From Pseudomonadota bacterium (GTDB taxonomy: Bacteria; Pseudomonadota; Alphaproteobacteria; JBCCHK01): a DNA stretch of 64,000 nucleotides. The stretch lies in NCBI GenBank assembly GCA_039028835.1, contig JBCCHK010000001.1, forward strand, positions 65,636 through 129,635, given 5' to 3'. Below the pieces are notes generated by a model. It did not search any database. It was not told where the DNA came from and was given only the letters and a program-made list of their open reading frames with translations. This document shows, piece by piece, positions 10,217 to 20,182 of the stretch. Within the stretch, counting starts at the first letter, position 1. Every line of letters begins with the position of its first letter. Position numbers and translations under genes: made by a program.

Positions 10217-11349
10217 GTGAAAACCTCCATGACATCCTCGCCGATTGGGGTGATCGTCTCACGCCGCAGACCAGGGGTATCGTGCAAAGCCTTAAGATCC
10301 ATCGCGGCCACCGCAGGGATTCCATCTCCGCCGATGATCGCCGCACTGCGAAACCATACCAAATCATCGACGATGCCAGCTTTTAGGGCTTGGGCGATGA
10401 TCTGCCCGCCGCCCTCGATCAGCAGGCGCGAGATGCCGAGTTTGGCAATCAACGCCATCGCCGTGATAAGGTCCTGGCGATCCCGGTGTGGGCCTTGCGC
10501 AAGGTTCATGCCGTGAAATCTCATCGCCGTGTTATCGGGCGTTTTTTGGGGTAGATGATTGATATCCGTCAGCACCTGCAGATCGTGCGCCTTGAGCGGT
10601 GTGGTGGTTTTTCGCAGACGTCCCCGCCGGTCCAAAACAAAAGATCGCAAGGTATGGCGTATCCCGGCAAGCCGACAGCTCAAGCGCGGATTATCCGCCA
10701 GTAATGTGTCCGAGCCGACCAAAATCCCGTCATGCTGGGCGCGCAGGCGATGGCCCGCATCCCGTGCAGGCTTCCCCGTGATCCAGCGGGAATGCCCGTC
10801 CTTGGTGGCGATCTGTCCATCTAGGCTGGTGGCGATTTTAATCGTAATGTGAGGGCGCGCGTCTTGGATGCGGCGGATATGATCGTTATGCGTTCGCCGC
10901 GCCTTCGCTCCGCCGCACCCAACTAAGGTTTCAATGCCGGCATTTTTAAGTTTTTCTATACTTTGTCCTGCCGTGCGCGGGTCCGGATCAATCAATCCGA
11001 TGATAACCCGGGCGGGTTTGGCGTGAATAAGAGCATCGACGCACGGAGGGGTACGCCCGTGGTGGGCACAAGGCTCTAAGGTGACATAGACATCGGTCCC
11101 CGCTGCATTGCCGGCTTGCGCAAGGGCGGCAACTTCAGCGTGGGGCTGACCGCCATCTGCCGTCCGCGCCCGGGCGATGATTTGCCCCTTGCGCACGATG
11201 ATACAGCCAACACTAGGGCGGTCACCGGTGCGGCCCCATCCTTGCTGGGCAAGAGTGCAGGCGTGCGCCATTATCATCTCATCCTGCGCGTAAGATGCGG
11301 CATTCTGGGCGGTATGAGGGATGGTGTCTGGGTGTTTGACAGACATCAT
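10198..11349 (-). CDS. ribD: Bifunctional diaminohydroxyphosphoribosylaminopyrimidine deaminase / 5-amino-6-(5-phosphoribosylamino)uracil reductase RibD
   Basis: CMP/dCMP deaminase zinc motif HAE..x..PCxxC (VTLEPCAHHGRTPPC) plus C-terminal reductase domain. Confidence 0.9.
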   Translation of the reverse strand: MMSVKHPDTIPHTAQNAASYAQDEMIMAHACTLAQQGWGRTGDRPSVGCIIVRKGQIIARARTADGGQPHAEVAALAQAGNAAGTDVYVTLEPCAHHGRTPPCVDALIHAKPARVIIGLIDPDPRTAGQSIEKLKNAGIETLVGCGGAKARRTHNDHIRRIQDARPHITIKIATSLDGQIATKDGHSRWITGKPARDAGHRLRAQHDGILVGSDTLLADNPRLSCRLAGIRHTLRSFVLDRRGRLRKTTTPLKAHDLQVLTDINHLPQKTPDNTAMRFHGMNLAQGPHRDRQDLITAMALIAKLGISRLLIEGGGQIIAQALKAGIVDDLVWFRSAAIIGGDGIPAVAAMDLKALHDTPGLRRETITPIGEDVMEVFTCLPAS

Positions 11350-11816
11350 GATGATTTTTTCATCAAGGTATGCAGATGTTCCTCAACGAAATCGACAAAC
11401 TCTTGCGGGGTTTTGAAGTCCCGATAAACAGAAGCAAACCGTACCACCGCCACCGGGTCAAGTTTAGAGAGGGCTTGCAGGGCATACTCGCCCAATTCTT
11501 GGGAGGTGATTGTTTGCGCGTGGCATTCTTCTATATCGCGGATGATGTTATAGACAGCCTGCTCGATGCGATGGTTCTCGATAGGTCGGCGGCGTAGCGC
11601 GACGTGCATTGCTTCGCGCAGTTTGTCTTTATTAAAGGGTTCGTTCTGTCCTGAACGTTTGACCACTGTAAGATCGCGCAGGTGAATCCGCTCGATGCTC
11701 GAAAATCGTGCACCGCACCAGGGGCACTCTCGCCGCCGCAGAGTCGCCATCCCTTCATCGGACGGGCGAGAGTTACGAACACGAGAGCCGTCCCGCTGGC
11801 AAAAAGGGCATTTCAT
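11346..11816 (-). CDS. nrdR: Transcriptional repressor NrdR (zinc ribbon + ATP-cone)
   Basis: MKCPFCQ...CxxC zinc ribbon N-terminus, ATP-cone domain. Confidence 0.9.
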   Translation of the reverse strand: MKCPFCQRDGSRVRNSRPSDEGMATLRRRECPWCGARFSSIERIHLRDLTVVKRSGQNEPFNKDKLREAMHVALRRRPIENHRIEQAVYNIIRDIEECHAQTITSQELGEYALQALSKLDPVAVVRFASVYRDFKTPQEFVDFVEEHLHTLMKKSS

Positions 11817-11817
11817 T

Positions 11818-13092
11818 CTATCTTTCGTCGAACAAAGGAAACGCTTTACAAAGCTCTTGCACGTCTTGGCTGGTTTTGGTGAGGTCTTTTTCTATTCCTT
11901 GCAAGCTATCGACAACATCGGCGATGAGGTGACCGACCTTGCTGGCGGCGGCTTCATCAAAACCGCGCGAGGTGATCGTTGGCGTGCCAAAGCGCACCCC
12001 TGAGGTCACCCACGGTTTGCGTGGATCACCGGGAACGCCGTTTTTATTGGAGACAATCCCAACGTCTTCTAAGGCCGCTTCGGCTTGCTTGCCGGTGAGG
12101 TCTTGCGCACGCAAGTCCAGCAGCATCAAGTGATTATCCGTACCGCCTGAGGTGATCGAATAGCCACGCTCGGTCAGCGCATTCGCCAAAGCCACCGCGT
12201 TTTTCACCACCTGGCGGCTATAGTCGGCAAAATCGGGCTTGAGCGCCAGACCAAAAGCTACTGCTTTGGCGGCAATGGTGTGCATCATCGGTCCGCCCTG
12301 CATGCCGGGGAAGATGGCCGAGTCGATCTTTTTCGCAAGCGCCTCATCGTTGGTGACGATGAGCCCGCCGCGTGGGCCGCGCAATGTCTTGTGGGTGGTG
12401 GAGGTTGCCACATGGGCGTGGGGAAAGGGCGAGGGATGCACGTCTGAGACCACCAGCCCGGCGATGTGCGATATGTCCGCTAGAAGGTAGGCGTCCACTT
12501 CGTCAGCGATCTTGCGCATGCGGGCGAAGTCAATCGTCCGGGGATAGGCCGACGCGCCGGCGATAATCAGCTTGGGTTTGGCCTGCTTGGCCAGCTTAGC
12601 CATGGCCTCATAGTCCAGCAGGTGAGTTTGGGGATCGACCGAATAGTGGGCGATGTTAAACCAGCGACCGGAAAGGTTGATTGGTGCGCCGTGGGTAAGG
12701 TGCCCGCCTGCGGCCAGATCGAGTGAGAGGATCGTATCCCCTGGGTTGAGGATCGCAAGAAACACGGCCTGGTTGGCTTGTGAGCCGGAGTTGGGTTGGA
12801 CGTTGGCAAAGTCGCTCTTAAACAGAGCCTTGCACCGCTCGATGGCGAGGGTTTCGGCCTCATCGGCATGGCGACAGCCGCCATAGTACCGTCGCCCGGG
12901 ATAGCCTTCAGCGTACTTGTTAGTCAGGCTGGATCCTTGCGCCTCCATCACCGCGGCGGCGACGGTATTCTCGCTAGCGGTCAGGTTTATGGTGTGTTCT
13001 TGGCGTTGGGTTTCACGCTGCAAGATGTCATAGAGCTCAGGGTCGGTTGCTTTGAGCGGCGAGATGGCCGGTCGAAGGCTCGGATAGGTCAT
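11818..13092 (-). CDS. glyA: Serine hydroxymethyltransferase
   Basis: 424 aa, SHMT conserved N-terminus and PLP-lysine region ([12 protein letters not shown]). Confidence 0.95.
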   Translation of the reverse strand: MTYPSLRPAISPLKATDPELYDILQRETQRQEHTINLTASENTVAAAVMEAQGSSLTNKYAEGYPGRRYYGGCRHADEAETLAIERCKALFKSDFANVQPNSGSQANQAVFLAILNPGDTILSLDLAAGGHLTHGAPINLSGRWFNIAHYSVDPQTHLLDYEAMAKLAKQAKPKLIIAGASAYPRTIDFARMRKIADEVDAYLLADISHIAGLVVSDVHPSPFPHAHVATSTTHKTLRGPRGGLIVTNDEALAKKIDSAIFPGMQGGPMMHTIAAKAVAFGLALKPDFADYSRQVVKNAVALANALTERGYSITSGGTDNHLMLLDLRAQDLTGKQAEAALEDVGIVSNKNGVPGDPRKPWVTSGVRFGTPTITSRGFDEAAASKVGHLIADVVDSLQGIEKDLTKTSQDVQELCKAFPLFDER

Positions 13093-13288
13093 AAGTCAGG
13101 GGGCCCCACACTAATATAAATAGGATAAAATAAACGGGATAAACAGACGAACAAAACAGTCAAAAAGTGGTGAGTGCTCATCCTACCGTGAAAAACTCAG
13201 CCTGATAAGAGCCTGCTGAGACTTGACCACACGATAATCCGGCGTCCGGTCATCCGGTGCTTTGGGCCATGCTGGTCGGCGTTTTAGA

Positions 13289-14197
13289 TTAAGGGCTTTG
13301 CTGATACCAAACCACGCCCCCGATCATGGCGATAAGCACGAATAACAACGATAAGGCGTTCACCTCAGGCGGGCTAGGGACTTCTAGGATCGAGCCGGTA
13401 TACAAAAAGTTGAGCAACCAGGTATGAGACAGGGCACCAAAGGCATTGACGATAAGAAAGACCCCCACAAGGGAGGGGCGCTTTGCTTGCTGGTGGGCTC
13501 TCTCACCTCGCCCATGGGGGCGGGTAAGGTTATACCAAACCAGGGCAAACCAACCGGGAAGCTGAGCCAGGGTTCCCGCAAGGATATAAAGCGCAAGCGT
13601 GACCGTGGGAAAGATCATCTCATCCCCAACCAGGGCCGTGCGATAGATGAGGACCCAAAAAAGAACGATAACAAAGGCGATATAAAGCCAGCTTGTCGCA
13701 GCGATGAGCGACCGGATCAGCCGATGAAACAGGAGATCACGCTGGCCAATCCAACCTCCGATCGCGACCAACCCGAGCCCTAAAAACAAGCCGTAGCTCC
13801 GTTTGAGGTCCTCGCCGCTTAGGTTTGACAGGGTGGTCAGCCAATGATGTAGCTGTAAGAACAAGCACAAGGGCACAAAGATTGCCAAAAGGTAGGCGAG
13901 CATGTAGGGGCTCAGGGGCTTCCCAGCGGGCGGGTTGGCTACGGTGCTCGCCAAAACCTGCGGGGCGGCTGTTTGGTCATGGGGATGCCGATCACTTTGG
14001 TACAAAACCAGCCACCCGGGAAGCTGAATAAGCCCCAGCCCCAGCGCATAGCTCGCCGCCAAACCCGAAAGCTCGAGCCCGGTGGTGGGTGTCCCCATGA
14101 CGATCCAAAGCCCGGCGGCAAAGATCGCCAGAGGAATATACAAGATCGCAAACGTCCGCAACGGCGAGGCTCCTGCCTTTATTGTTCTTATACGCAC
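13289..14197 (-). CDS. Hypothetical multi-pass membrane protein with internal duplication (two QLPGW-containing halves)
   Basis: 302 aa, about 8 hydrophobic segments, repeated YALGLGLIQLPGWLVLY / ILAGTLAQLPGWFALVWY motif; no recognised family. Confidence 0.5.
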   Translation of the reverse strand: MRIRTIKAGASPLRTFAILYIPLAIFAAGLWIVMGTPTTGLELSGLAASYALGLGLIQLPGWLVLYQSDRHPHDQTAAPQVLASTVANPPAGKPLSPYMLAYLLAIFVPLCLFLQLHHWLTTLSNLSGEDLKRSYGLFLGLGLVAIGGWIGQRDLLFHRLIRSLIAATSWLYIAFVIVLFWVLIYRTALVGDEMIFPTVTLALYILAGTLAQLPGWFALVWYNLTRPHGRGERAHQQAKRPSLVGVFLIVNAFGALSHTWLLNFLYTGSILEVPSPPEVNALSLLFVLIAMIGGVVWYQQSP

Positions 14198-14383
14198 CAG
14201 TTTTTTTGCATGAAGTATGCCAAAAAAAGGTAAATAAGACGTTACGGCGGGATCGTGATGGGGCCGTGATAGGGGCTTGTGTTCAATAAGGCTTGCGCCT
14301 ATCCTGTCTTGCGCCTATCCTTCTGGGTCTTTGGAGATGCGGCGTACGCGCATCATTTTTTTGCCCTCCGTGACGAAACAGCC

Positions 14384-14662
14384 ATGAAACGCAAGCACAA
14401 GAATCACAGCCTGTCGATCAACAAACAAATCCGCCGTAACGAACGCCGTCGGATCATTAACCGCAATCGCATCTCGCGCATTCGTACGGCTATTCGCCGG
14501 GTTCATGACGCCATTGCCAGCGGCGATACCACGGCCGCACAAACGGCTCTCAAGCAGGCCCAGCCGGAAATCAGTCGCGGTGTGACTAAGGCCGTGCTGC
14601 ATAAAAATACTGCGGCGCGAACAATCTCACGCCTGAGCAAACGCGTCGCCAAATTGGCCTAG
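14384..14662 (+). CDS. rpsT: 30S ribosomal protein S20 (ORF track start 14279 is upstream extension; ATG 14384)
   Basis: [39 protein letters not shown] matches S20 N-terminal consensus (KSAxKRxRQxExRRxxNxxxxSxxRT). Confidence 0.85.
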   Translation: MKRKHKNHSLSINKQIRRNERRRIINRNRISRIRTAIRRVHDAIASGDTTAAQTALKQAQPEISRGVTKAVLHKNTAARTISRLSKRVAKLA

Positions 14663-14686
14663 CAGGGGCTCGCCTAAGCGTGCGCC

Positions 14687-15565
14687 GTGCCTGACCGTCG
14701 TCATTTTCTCATTCTTCTTGCGCCCCATGTGGCGATTACGACGGTCATGATCCTCATCGGTAGTCTGGTGGTGGTGACCAAGGTTTTGACCGAAAGCCTG
14801 CCGATCTACGCGGCCTCTTGTGCGCGCTTCTTCCTCGCAGCAGCGGTCTTGCTTCCCTTCGCGCGCTTGCGTGAGATTAAGCTCAACAGCCGAGATTGGC
14901 GCGATTTTGCTTTGGTGGCCCTGTTTGGCGGGCTTTTGTTTAATGTTTTGATGTTGTGGGGGCTGGCGCGGACACCCGCCTTGATCGGCGGGATCATCAC
15001 CTCGTGCTTGCCGGCGGTGGTTGCCTTGGTCGCTTGGATTGTGTTGCGTGAAACGCCCACGATGCGCGCCAAGGCGGGCATCGGTTTGGCTGTGGTTGGC
15101 TCGATCATCGTTGCCTGGGACGGCCAAGGGGGTGAGATCACCTGGGGTAGTGTGCTGATCGTTGCGGCGGTTTTTGCCGAAGCCTTTTACATCATCTACT
15201 CGCGCACGGGCCGGCAGACGCCGGTACGACAAGCGTTCTTCGTCAGCTTTCTGGCCGCCTGGATGTTCCTACCCTTTGCCATTCCTGAGATCGGCGAGGT
15301 TAATGTTGCTCAGTGGCGCGATTGGTGGACGGTGGTGTATCTGGGGGTTGTCGTGACTGCAGGCGGGTTTTATCTGTGGTTTTTCTCCCTCCGCCAACTC
15401 ACGGCTTTTCAGGGGGGTGTTTATGCCGCCCTCGTGCCCATTTCTGCGGTCGTTCTCTCGGTTGTGACCCTCGGCGAGGTCTTGCTTGTGCATCATATGG
15501 TGGGCGGTGGGCTTGTCATCGCCGCCGTGTTGCTCGTTGCCTGGGCTGATCGCCATGGCACTTGA
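14687..15565 (+). CDS. DMT superfamily (EamA-like) transporter
   Basis: 292 aa, 10 TM segments, two EamA-like repeats. Confidence 0.7.
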   Translation: MPDRRHFLILLAPHVAITTVMILIGSLVVVTKVLTESLPIYAASCARFFLAAAVLLPFARLREIKLNSRDWRDFALVALFGGLLFNVLMLWGLARTPALIGGIITSCLPAVVALVAWIVLRETPTMRAKAGIGLAVVGSIIVAWDGQGGEITWGSVLIVAAVFAEAFYIIYSRTGRQTPVRQAFFVSFLAAWMFLPFAIPEIGEVNVAQWRDWWTVVYLGVVVTAGGFYLWFFSLRQLTAFQGGVYAALVPISAVVLSVVTLGEVLLVHHMVGGGLVIAAVLLVAWADRHGT

Positions 15566-17096
15566 CGGTACGTCCTTTGCGCCGCGCCGCGCCGCGCCGC
15601 TGGGCCGCGTCCCTGGCGATGAGGGATCCCTCTTTGGCCGTAAGACGGCCTTTCTCATGGCCCTGGCCCGGCAAGGCTACCCTGTGCCTGCGGGTGTCGC
15701 TTGGACGGTTGCCGAGGTCCGCGATTGGCGCACGGGCAGGGCGACGATCGATCCCGCCCCGGCCTTGGCGTTTTTGCGACGTGAGGACGACCCCGGCGAT
15801 GCGCCGTTGCTCGTCTCGGTGCGCGGCGGTGCGGCGAGCTCCATGCCGGGGATGCTTGCAACGGTTCTCAATGTTGGCTTAACCCGCGCACGCTTGCCGG
15901 CCTTGGCTACTTGGGCGAGTCCCCTGGACGATGAGGCGGGGCGGCGTTTTGCTTGGGATTGCTATCGACGTTTGCTCGCGAGTTTGCTCGATGATTCCTT
16001 TGAAGCGGCGGCGAATCTGGCGGACCTTATCGCCCAGACCGAAGACCTGGAACGCGAGACCCGGGCCCGCTTGGGTACGCGCGCCGAGGCCGTACTGACC
16101 GATCCTGAGGCCCAGCTGACTTACGCGATGACCTTGGTCGCCCAGTCCTGGGATGCGCCCCGGGTGCAGGCTTTTCGCCGGGCCCAGGACCCTAATGCGC
16201 CGGCGGGCACCGCCCTGACCATTCAGCGGATGGTGTTTGGCAACCTGCCGGGCGATAGCCTGGCGGGGGTGGCCTACAGCCGTGATCCACTCACCGGCGA
16301 GCAAGGGCTCTATGGCGAGTATCTTCCCCACGTTCAGGGTAGCGATTTGGCGCAGGGGATTGTCAACCCGCGCCCGCTCCGTTCCGGGCAAGGAGGACAA
16401 GCCGCTGATGATCTGGCCTTATCTAGCACCCATCCGGTACTTTTTGAGCGATTGGGCGAGATGGTAGCGCATCTTGAGGCCACTTGGGCCGACCTGATGG
16501 AGATTGAGTTCACCTTGCAGCGGGGTGTCTTGTTCATCTTGCAGGTGCGCCCGGCCAAGCGCGCAGCGCAAGCAGCGCGGCAGGTGGCCGTCGATCTTCA
16601 TCGCCAGGGGATCATCGATCGAGCCCGCGCTCTGGTTCTTGCAGGGCCGCTAGAAGGCGCACGTCGTATTGCTGTGATCCCTGACGATCAGGTGCTCGGT
16701 CAGGGGCTGGCTGCCTGCGCCGGGGTCGCGCGCGGGCCTATCGTCATCGATGTGGCGCGCACGGCACCGGACTCGATCCTCGTGCGTCAAGAAACCTCCC
16801 CTAAGGATATGAAGGGCATTGCCACAGCGTCCGGACTCATAACCGCCCGCGGCGGTGCGGCGAGTCACGCGGCGGCGGCGGCGCGGGCCTTGGGTAAGCC
16901 TTGTGTCTGTAACGTGGACAACCTCGTCATCGATGAGGCAGCCGGGCGGGTATCCTTCGGTGAGACCATCCTAAGGCTCGGAGACATCATCACCGTAGAT
17001 GGTCACCGCGGGATCGTCGCCCAAGGGCACCTGGACATCATCGAAGAGGGCGATAAGGCGATGGAGATTCTGCGCAGCTGGCAGGGAACATCATGA
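15555..17096 (+). CDS. Truncated pyruvate,phosphate dikinase-like protein: PPDK N-terminal nucleotide-binding (ATP-grasp) domain + PEP-utilising mobile phosphohistidine domain, no C-terminal PEP/pyruvate TIM-barrel
   Basis: PLLVSVRGGAASSMPGMLATVLNVGL, FAWDCYRRLL, GTALTIQRMVFGNL, AYSRDPLTGE motifs of PPDK N-domain; C-terminal RGGAASHAAAAARALGKPCV = GGxxSHAAIxARExGxP phospho-His motif; stop overlaps maf start (ATGA). Confidence 0.6.
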   Translation: MALDGTSFAPRRAAPLGRVPGDEGSLFGRKTAFLMALARQGYPVPAGVAWTVAEVRDWRTGRATIDPAPALAFLRREDDPGDAPLLVSVRGGAASSMPGMLATVLNVGLTRARLPALATWASPLDDEAGRRFAWDCYRRLLASLLDDSFEAAANLADLIAQTEDLERETRARLGTRAEAVLTDPEAQLTYAMTLVAQSWDAPRVQAFRRAQDPNAPAGTALTIQRMVFGNLPGDSLAGVAYSRDPLTGEQGLYGEYLPHVQGSDLAQGIVNPRPLRSGQGGQAADDLALSSTHPVLFERLGEMVAHLEATWADLMEIEFTLQRGVLFILQVRPAKRAAQAARQVAVDLHRQGIIDRARALVLAGPLEGARRIAVIPDDQVLGQGLAACAGVARGPIVIDVARTAPDSILVRQETSPKDMKGIATASGLITARGGAASHAAAAARALGKPCVCNVDNLVIDEAAGRVSFGETILRLGDIITVDGHRGIVAQGHLDIIEEGDKAMEILRSWQGTS

Positions 17097-17752
17097 ACCG
17101 ATCCTATCCCCTGTATAAGGCCGACCAGCCGATCATCCTGGCATCAAGCAGTCCTATTCGCTTGCGCATGTTGCGCAACGCCGGGGTGTGGGTGCAGTCA
17201 CACCCCGCCGCCGTCGATGAAGCCGCCGTCCGCGAGTCTCTTTTGGCCGATGGCGCTGACCCAGCATCCGCATGCGAAGTCCTGGCAGAAATGAAAGCCC
17301 GCCAAGTCGCCGAAGGTCCCGCCGCGCCCCCAGATGAGCAGGCGAGCGCACAAGGCGCCAGCATGATGATCGGTTGCGATCAGATTGCCTATACCGATAC
17401 CGCGTGGCTGGACAAGCCCGACAGCAAACGAGACGCCGCCGCCCAGTTAGCGCAGCTGGCGGGCACATCCCATAGTCTGGTGTCCTGCGTGGTGGTTTTC
17501 AAAAACGGTGCCCGAGTTTTTCACGCTGTGGATACGGTCCATGTACGCATGCATCCCCTAAGCACGGCGATGATCGAGCGGTATCTCGCGGCGGCTTGGC
17601 CGGCCGTGCGCGGGTCGGTCGGCAGCTATCATATCGAAGGCCTGGGGGTTTCGTTGATTCACCAGGTTACCGGCGATCATTTCACAGTCATGGGCTTGCC
17701 GCTTTTGCCTCTTTTGACCTATCTGCGGGGATCGGGGATCCTAGCGTCATGA
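17093..17752 (+). CDS. maf: Maf-like nucleoside triphosphate pyrophosphatase (septum formation protein Maf)
   Basis: IILASSSPIRLRMLRNAGV N-terminal Maf motif. Confidence 0.85.
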   Translation: MNRSYPLYKADQPIILASSSPIRLRMLRNAGVWVQSHPAAVDEAAVRESLLADGADPASACEVLAEMKARQVAEGPAAPPDEQASAQGASMMIGCDQIAYTDTAWLDKPDSKRDAAAQLAQLAGTSHSLVSCVVVFKNGARVFHAVDTVHVRMHPLSTAMIERYLAAAWPAVRGSVGSYHIEGLGVSLIHQVTGDHFTVMGLPLLPLLTYLRGSGILAS

Positions 17753-18603
17753 GCTCGTCTGTGTTGCCCCCGCCACCCGCGCAAGACTCCCCATCAGCCA
17801 GCCTGGTGGGGGTTTTGGGCTGGCCCATCGATCATTCCAAGTCACCGCCGCTGCATAATCACTGGCTCGCAGATTTAGCCATCGATGCGCACTATCACCG
17901 GTGTCCCGTACACCCTGATGACCTTGCTGCCGCGCTTGACGAACTTCGCAAGCCGCCCTGGCGCGGGGCAAACCTGACCATGCCCCACAAACAAGCCTGC
18001 CTGTCTTTGGTGGACGTGTTGACAGATCGCGCTCGTGCGGCTCGCTCGGTCAACACCCTGATCGTGCGCGAAGGCATGTTGATCGGCGATACGACCGATG
18101 GCGAAGGATTGCTGGCCAGCTTGGCGCAGGCGGGGGTGGATGTTCGTGCGGGGCCGATTCTCATCCTTGGCGCAGGCGGCGCCAGTTACGGTGCCGCCAC
18201 AGCCTTAGCCGCGCACAAGGCCGCGCCAATCTTGATTAGCAACCGTACCCGCGCCCGGGCGCAAGCGTTGGCGGACCATATCGGCGGGGCGGTGATCGAT
18301 TGGCCGCCTGATCCGGCATGCCTGGCGGACGTGCGCTTACTCATTCATGCGACCAGTTTGGGCATGATGGGAGAGAGCCAAGACCTGCCGTCATTAGAAG
18401 GGTTATCGTCCGGTGCGGCGGTGACGGACTTGATCTATGCGCCGCTAGAAACGCCGTTATTGCGGGCCGCTGCCATACGCGGTTGTAAAACCGTTAATGG
18501 CTTTGGCATGTTTTATCATCAGGCGCGTCTTTCTTTTCAACTATGGTTTGATGTCCTGCCGCCGGTCGATCCAGGACTCTGGCAGGAGCTCGAGGCCTTA
18601 TGA
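17749..18603 (+). CDS. aroE: Shikimate dehydrogenase (ATG at 17749 overlapping maf stop; ORF track start 17596 is an upstream extension)
   Basis: LVGVLGWPIDHSKSPPLHNHW shikimate-binding motif, GAGGASYGAA NADP-binding glycine loop. Confidence 0.85.
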   Translation: MSSSVLPPPPAQDSPSASLVGVLGWPIDHSKSPPLHNHWLADLAIDAHYHRCPVHPDDLAAALDELRKPPWRGANLTMPHKQACLSLVDVLTDRARAARSVNTLIVREGMLIGDTTDGEGLLASLAQAGVDVRAGPILILGAGGASYGAATALAAHKAAPILISNRTRARAQALADHIGGAVIDWPPDPACLADVRLLIHATSLGMMGESQDLPSLEGLSSGAAVTDLIYAPLETPLLRAAAIRGCKTVNGFGMFYHQARLSFQLWFDVLPPVDPGLWQELEAL

Positions 18604-19307
18604 TGATTATCGGGATCACCGGGCCCATCGCCGCGGGCAAAAGTCGCGCGGCTGTGATTTTACGTCGAATCGGTTGGGTCGTACACGACAGCGACCAGGC
18701 CGTTCATCGCGCCTATAGAAATCCCGCCGTGATTAGCAGGATTGCCGATCATCTTCCAAGCGTTATCCGCGCAGGACAGATTGATCGCCAAGCCCTGGCT
18801 GATCGCATTATCAAGCAGGCGGAGGTTTTAGATGTGTTAGAGAACATCGTGCATCCCATCGTGCGTGAAGATCTTGTGCGCAACGTGCAACTTTGTTTGC
18901 GTCACCGTCGACGAGGCTTTATCATCGACTCGCCTTTGCTTTATGAGGCAGGACTCGACTCTTGGTGTGATCGAGTGATCCGCCTGGCAACGCCTGCGCG
19001 CATTCGTCGGATGCGTGTTGCTCGGCGGTCTGCCCGGGCCTTGGCCTTGTTTGATTTGTTTGAATCGCGACGAGGGCGGCGGCGCACGTCACCGGTACGC
19101 GGAGCACGTCGTAGGCGCTGGTCGCGTCGGACGCATCACATGAACCAAACAAACCATGCCGATGCGGTGATCCAAGGGCATGGCGATAGCGGGTCGAACG
19201 CACGGCTTTTGCGCAGGTTAGTGCAAGGGTGGCTAAGATCAGAGCGGCTAAGATCGAAAGGCGGGCGTTTACCACAAGCATTGCCCAAAAGAAGAAAAGT
19301 ATGGTGA
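18600..19307 (+). CDS. coaE: Dephospho-CoA kinase with Arg-rich insertion near C-terminus
   Basis: IIGITGPIAAGKSRAA P-loop, CoaE core; C-terminal ADAVIQGHGD aligns to ADxVIDNSG of CoaE; aroE-coaE-dnaQ linkage conserved in alphaproteobacteria. Confidence 0.85.
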   Translation: MMIIGITGPIAAGKSRAAVILRRIGWVVHDSDQAVHRAYRNPAVISRIADHLPSVIRAGQIDRQALADRIIKQAEVLDVLENIVHPIVREDLVRNVQLCLRHRRRGFIIDSPLLYEAGLDSWCDRVIRLATPARIRRMRVARRSARALALFDLFESRRGRRRTSPVRGARRRRWSRRTHHMNQTNHADAVIQGHGDSGSNARLLRRLVQGWLRSERLRSKGGRLPQALPKRRKVW

Positions 19308-19496
19308 AGAGCAATATAGAGAAGAAAAAAATTGACCAGAACATTAACAAATAGAATAATAAGAAAATAGTTTGCTGACAAAAAATGTTTGCAAAAAAAC
19401 GCTTGCAAAGAGTATCTATCAAAAAAGAGAGAAACGCGCATGCAAGCCTGGTCGCAATCCTTAACAGCCTATAGATAAAAAAACCAAGATTTATCC
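19308..19496. other. AT-rich (~30% GC) island between coaE and dnaQ in a ~60% GC background
   Basis: Sequence composition (aagaagaaaagtatggtgaagagcaatatagagaagaaaaaaattgaccagaacattaacaaatagaataataagaaaatag...). Confidence 0.8.
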
Positions 19497-20177
19497 ATGC
19501 TCGAAGTCATTCTTGATACAGAAACCACAGGTCTATCGGCAGACGACGGTGATCGCGTCATCGAAATCGGCTGCCTTAAGTTTGAGAATCACGTTCTTAA
19601 AGACACCTACCATACCTACATTAACCCTGAGCGGGCGATCTCATCCGGCGCAACAGCGGTTCACAACCTGACGGAAAAGAAACTCAAGGGCGAGCCCGTG
19701 TTTGCCGAGATTGCTGATGATTTTCTTCGCTTTATAGAGGGCGCGAGTTTGGTAATTCATAACGCGCCGTTCGATCTGTCTATGCTTAATGCCGAGCTTG
19801 TGCGCTTAAGCCGCCCGACGCTCACCAACCCCGTGATCGATACGCTCGTGCTTGCCCGGCGCAAGTTTCCAGGCGCCCCCGCCAGTCTGGATGCATTATG
19901 TGATCGGTTTGGGATTTCTCGCCAGTCGCGCGAGGAGGGGCACGGTGCGCTGGTGGATGTGCACCTATTGCACCATGTTTATATTCAGCTCATCGGCGGG
20001 GCGCAAAATCACCTTAACCTGTCGGTTGATGAGCCCCAGGTTGCGGACACACTACCCACGAGACGGGAGCGACCCATACGCCTTATTCAGCCCAATGAAA
20101 AAGAACAGGCCGCCCATCGCGCGTTGCTCGATACCATGGACGATCCCCTCTGGGATCGCCTTAAAAAGCCTGCATAG
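19497..20177 (+). CDS. dnaQ: DNA polymerase III epsilon subunit (3'-5' exonuclease)
   Basis: LDTETTGL Exo I motif, DEDDh family. Confidence 0.85.
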   Translation: MLEVILDTETTGLSADDGDRVIEIGCLKFENHVLKDTYHTYINPERAISSGATAVHNLTEKKLKGEPVFAEIADDFLRFIEGASLVIHNAPFDLSMLNAELVRLSRPTLTNPVIDTLVLARRKFPGAPASLDALCDRFGISRQSREEGHGALVDVHLLHHVYIQLIGGAQNHLNLSVDEPQVADTLPTRRERPIRLIQPNEKEQAAHRALLDTMDDPLWDRLKKPA

Positions 20178-20182
20178 GGCTT

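Noticed and set aside
14627-15232. 201-aa ORF antisense to DMT transporter
   Set aside because: Embedded in a well-supported membrane-protein gene on the opposite strand; Arg/Gln/His-rich, no protein features.
15879-16400. 173-aa ORF antisense to PPDK-like gene
   Set aside because: GC-rich antisense artefact within a gene with strong motif support.
18922-19441. ORFs 18922..19422 (-) and 19136..19441 (-) in AT-rich island
   Set aside because: Phe/Leu/Ile-rich translations produced by AT-rich composition; overlap coaE 3' end on opposite strand; no RBS or family resemblance.
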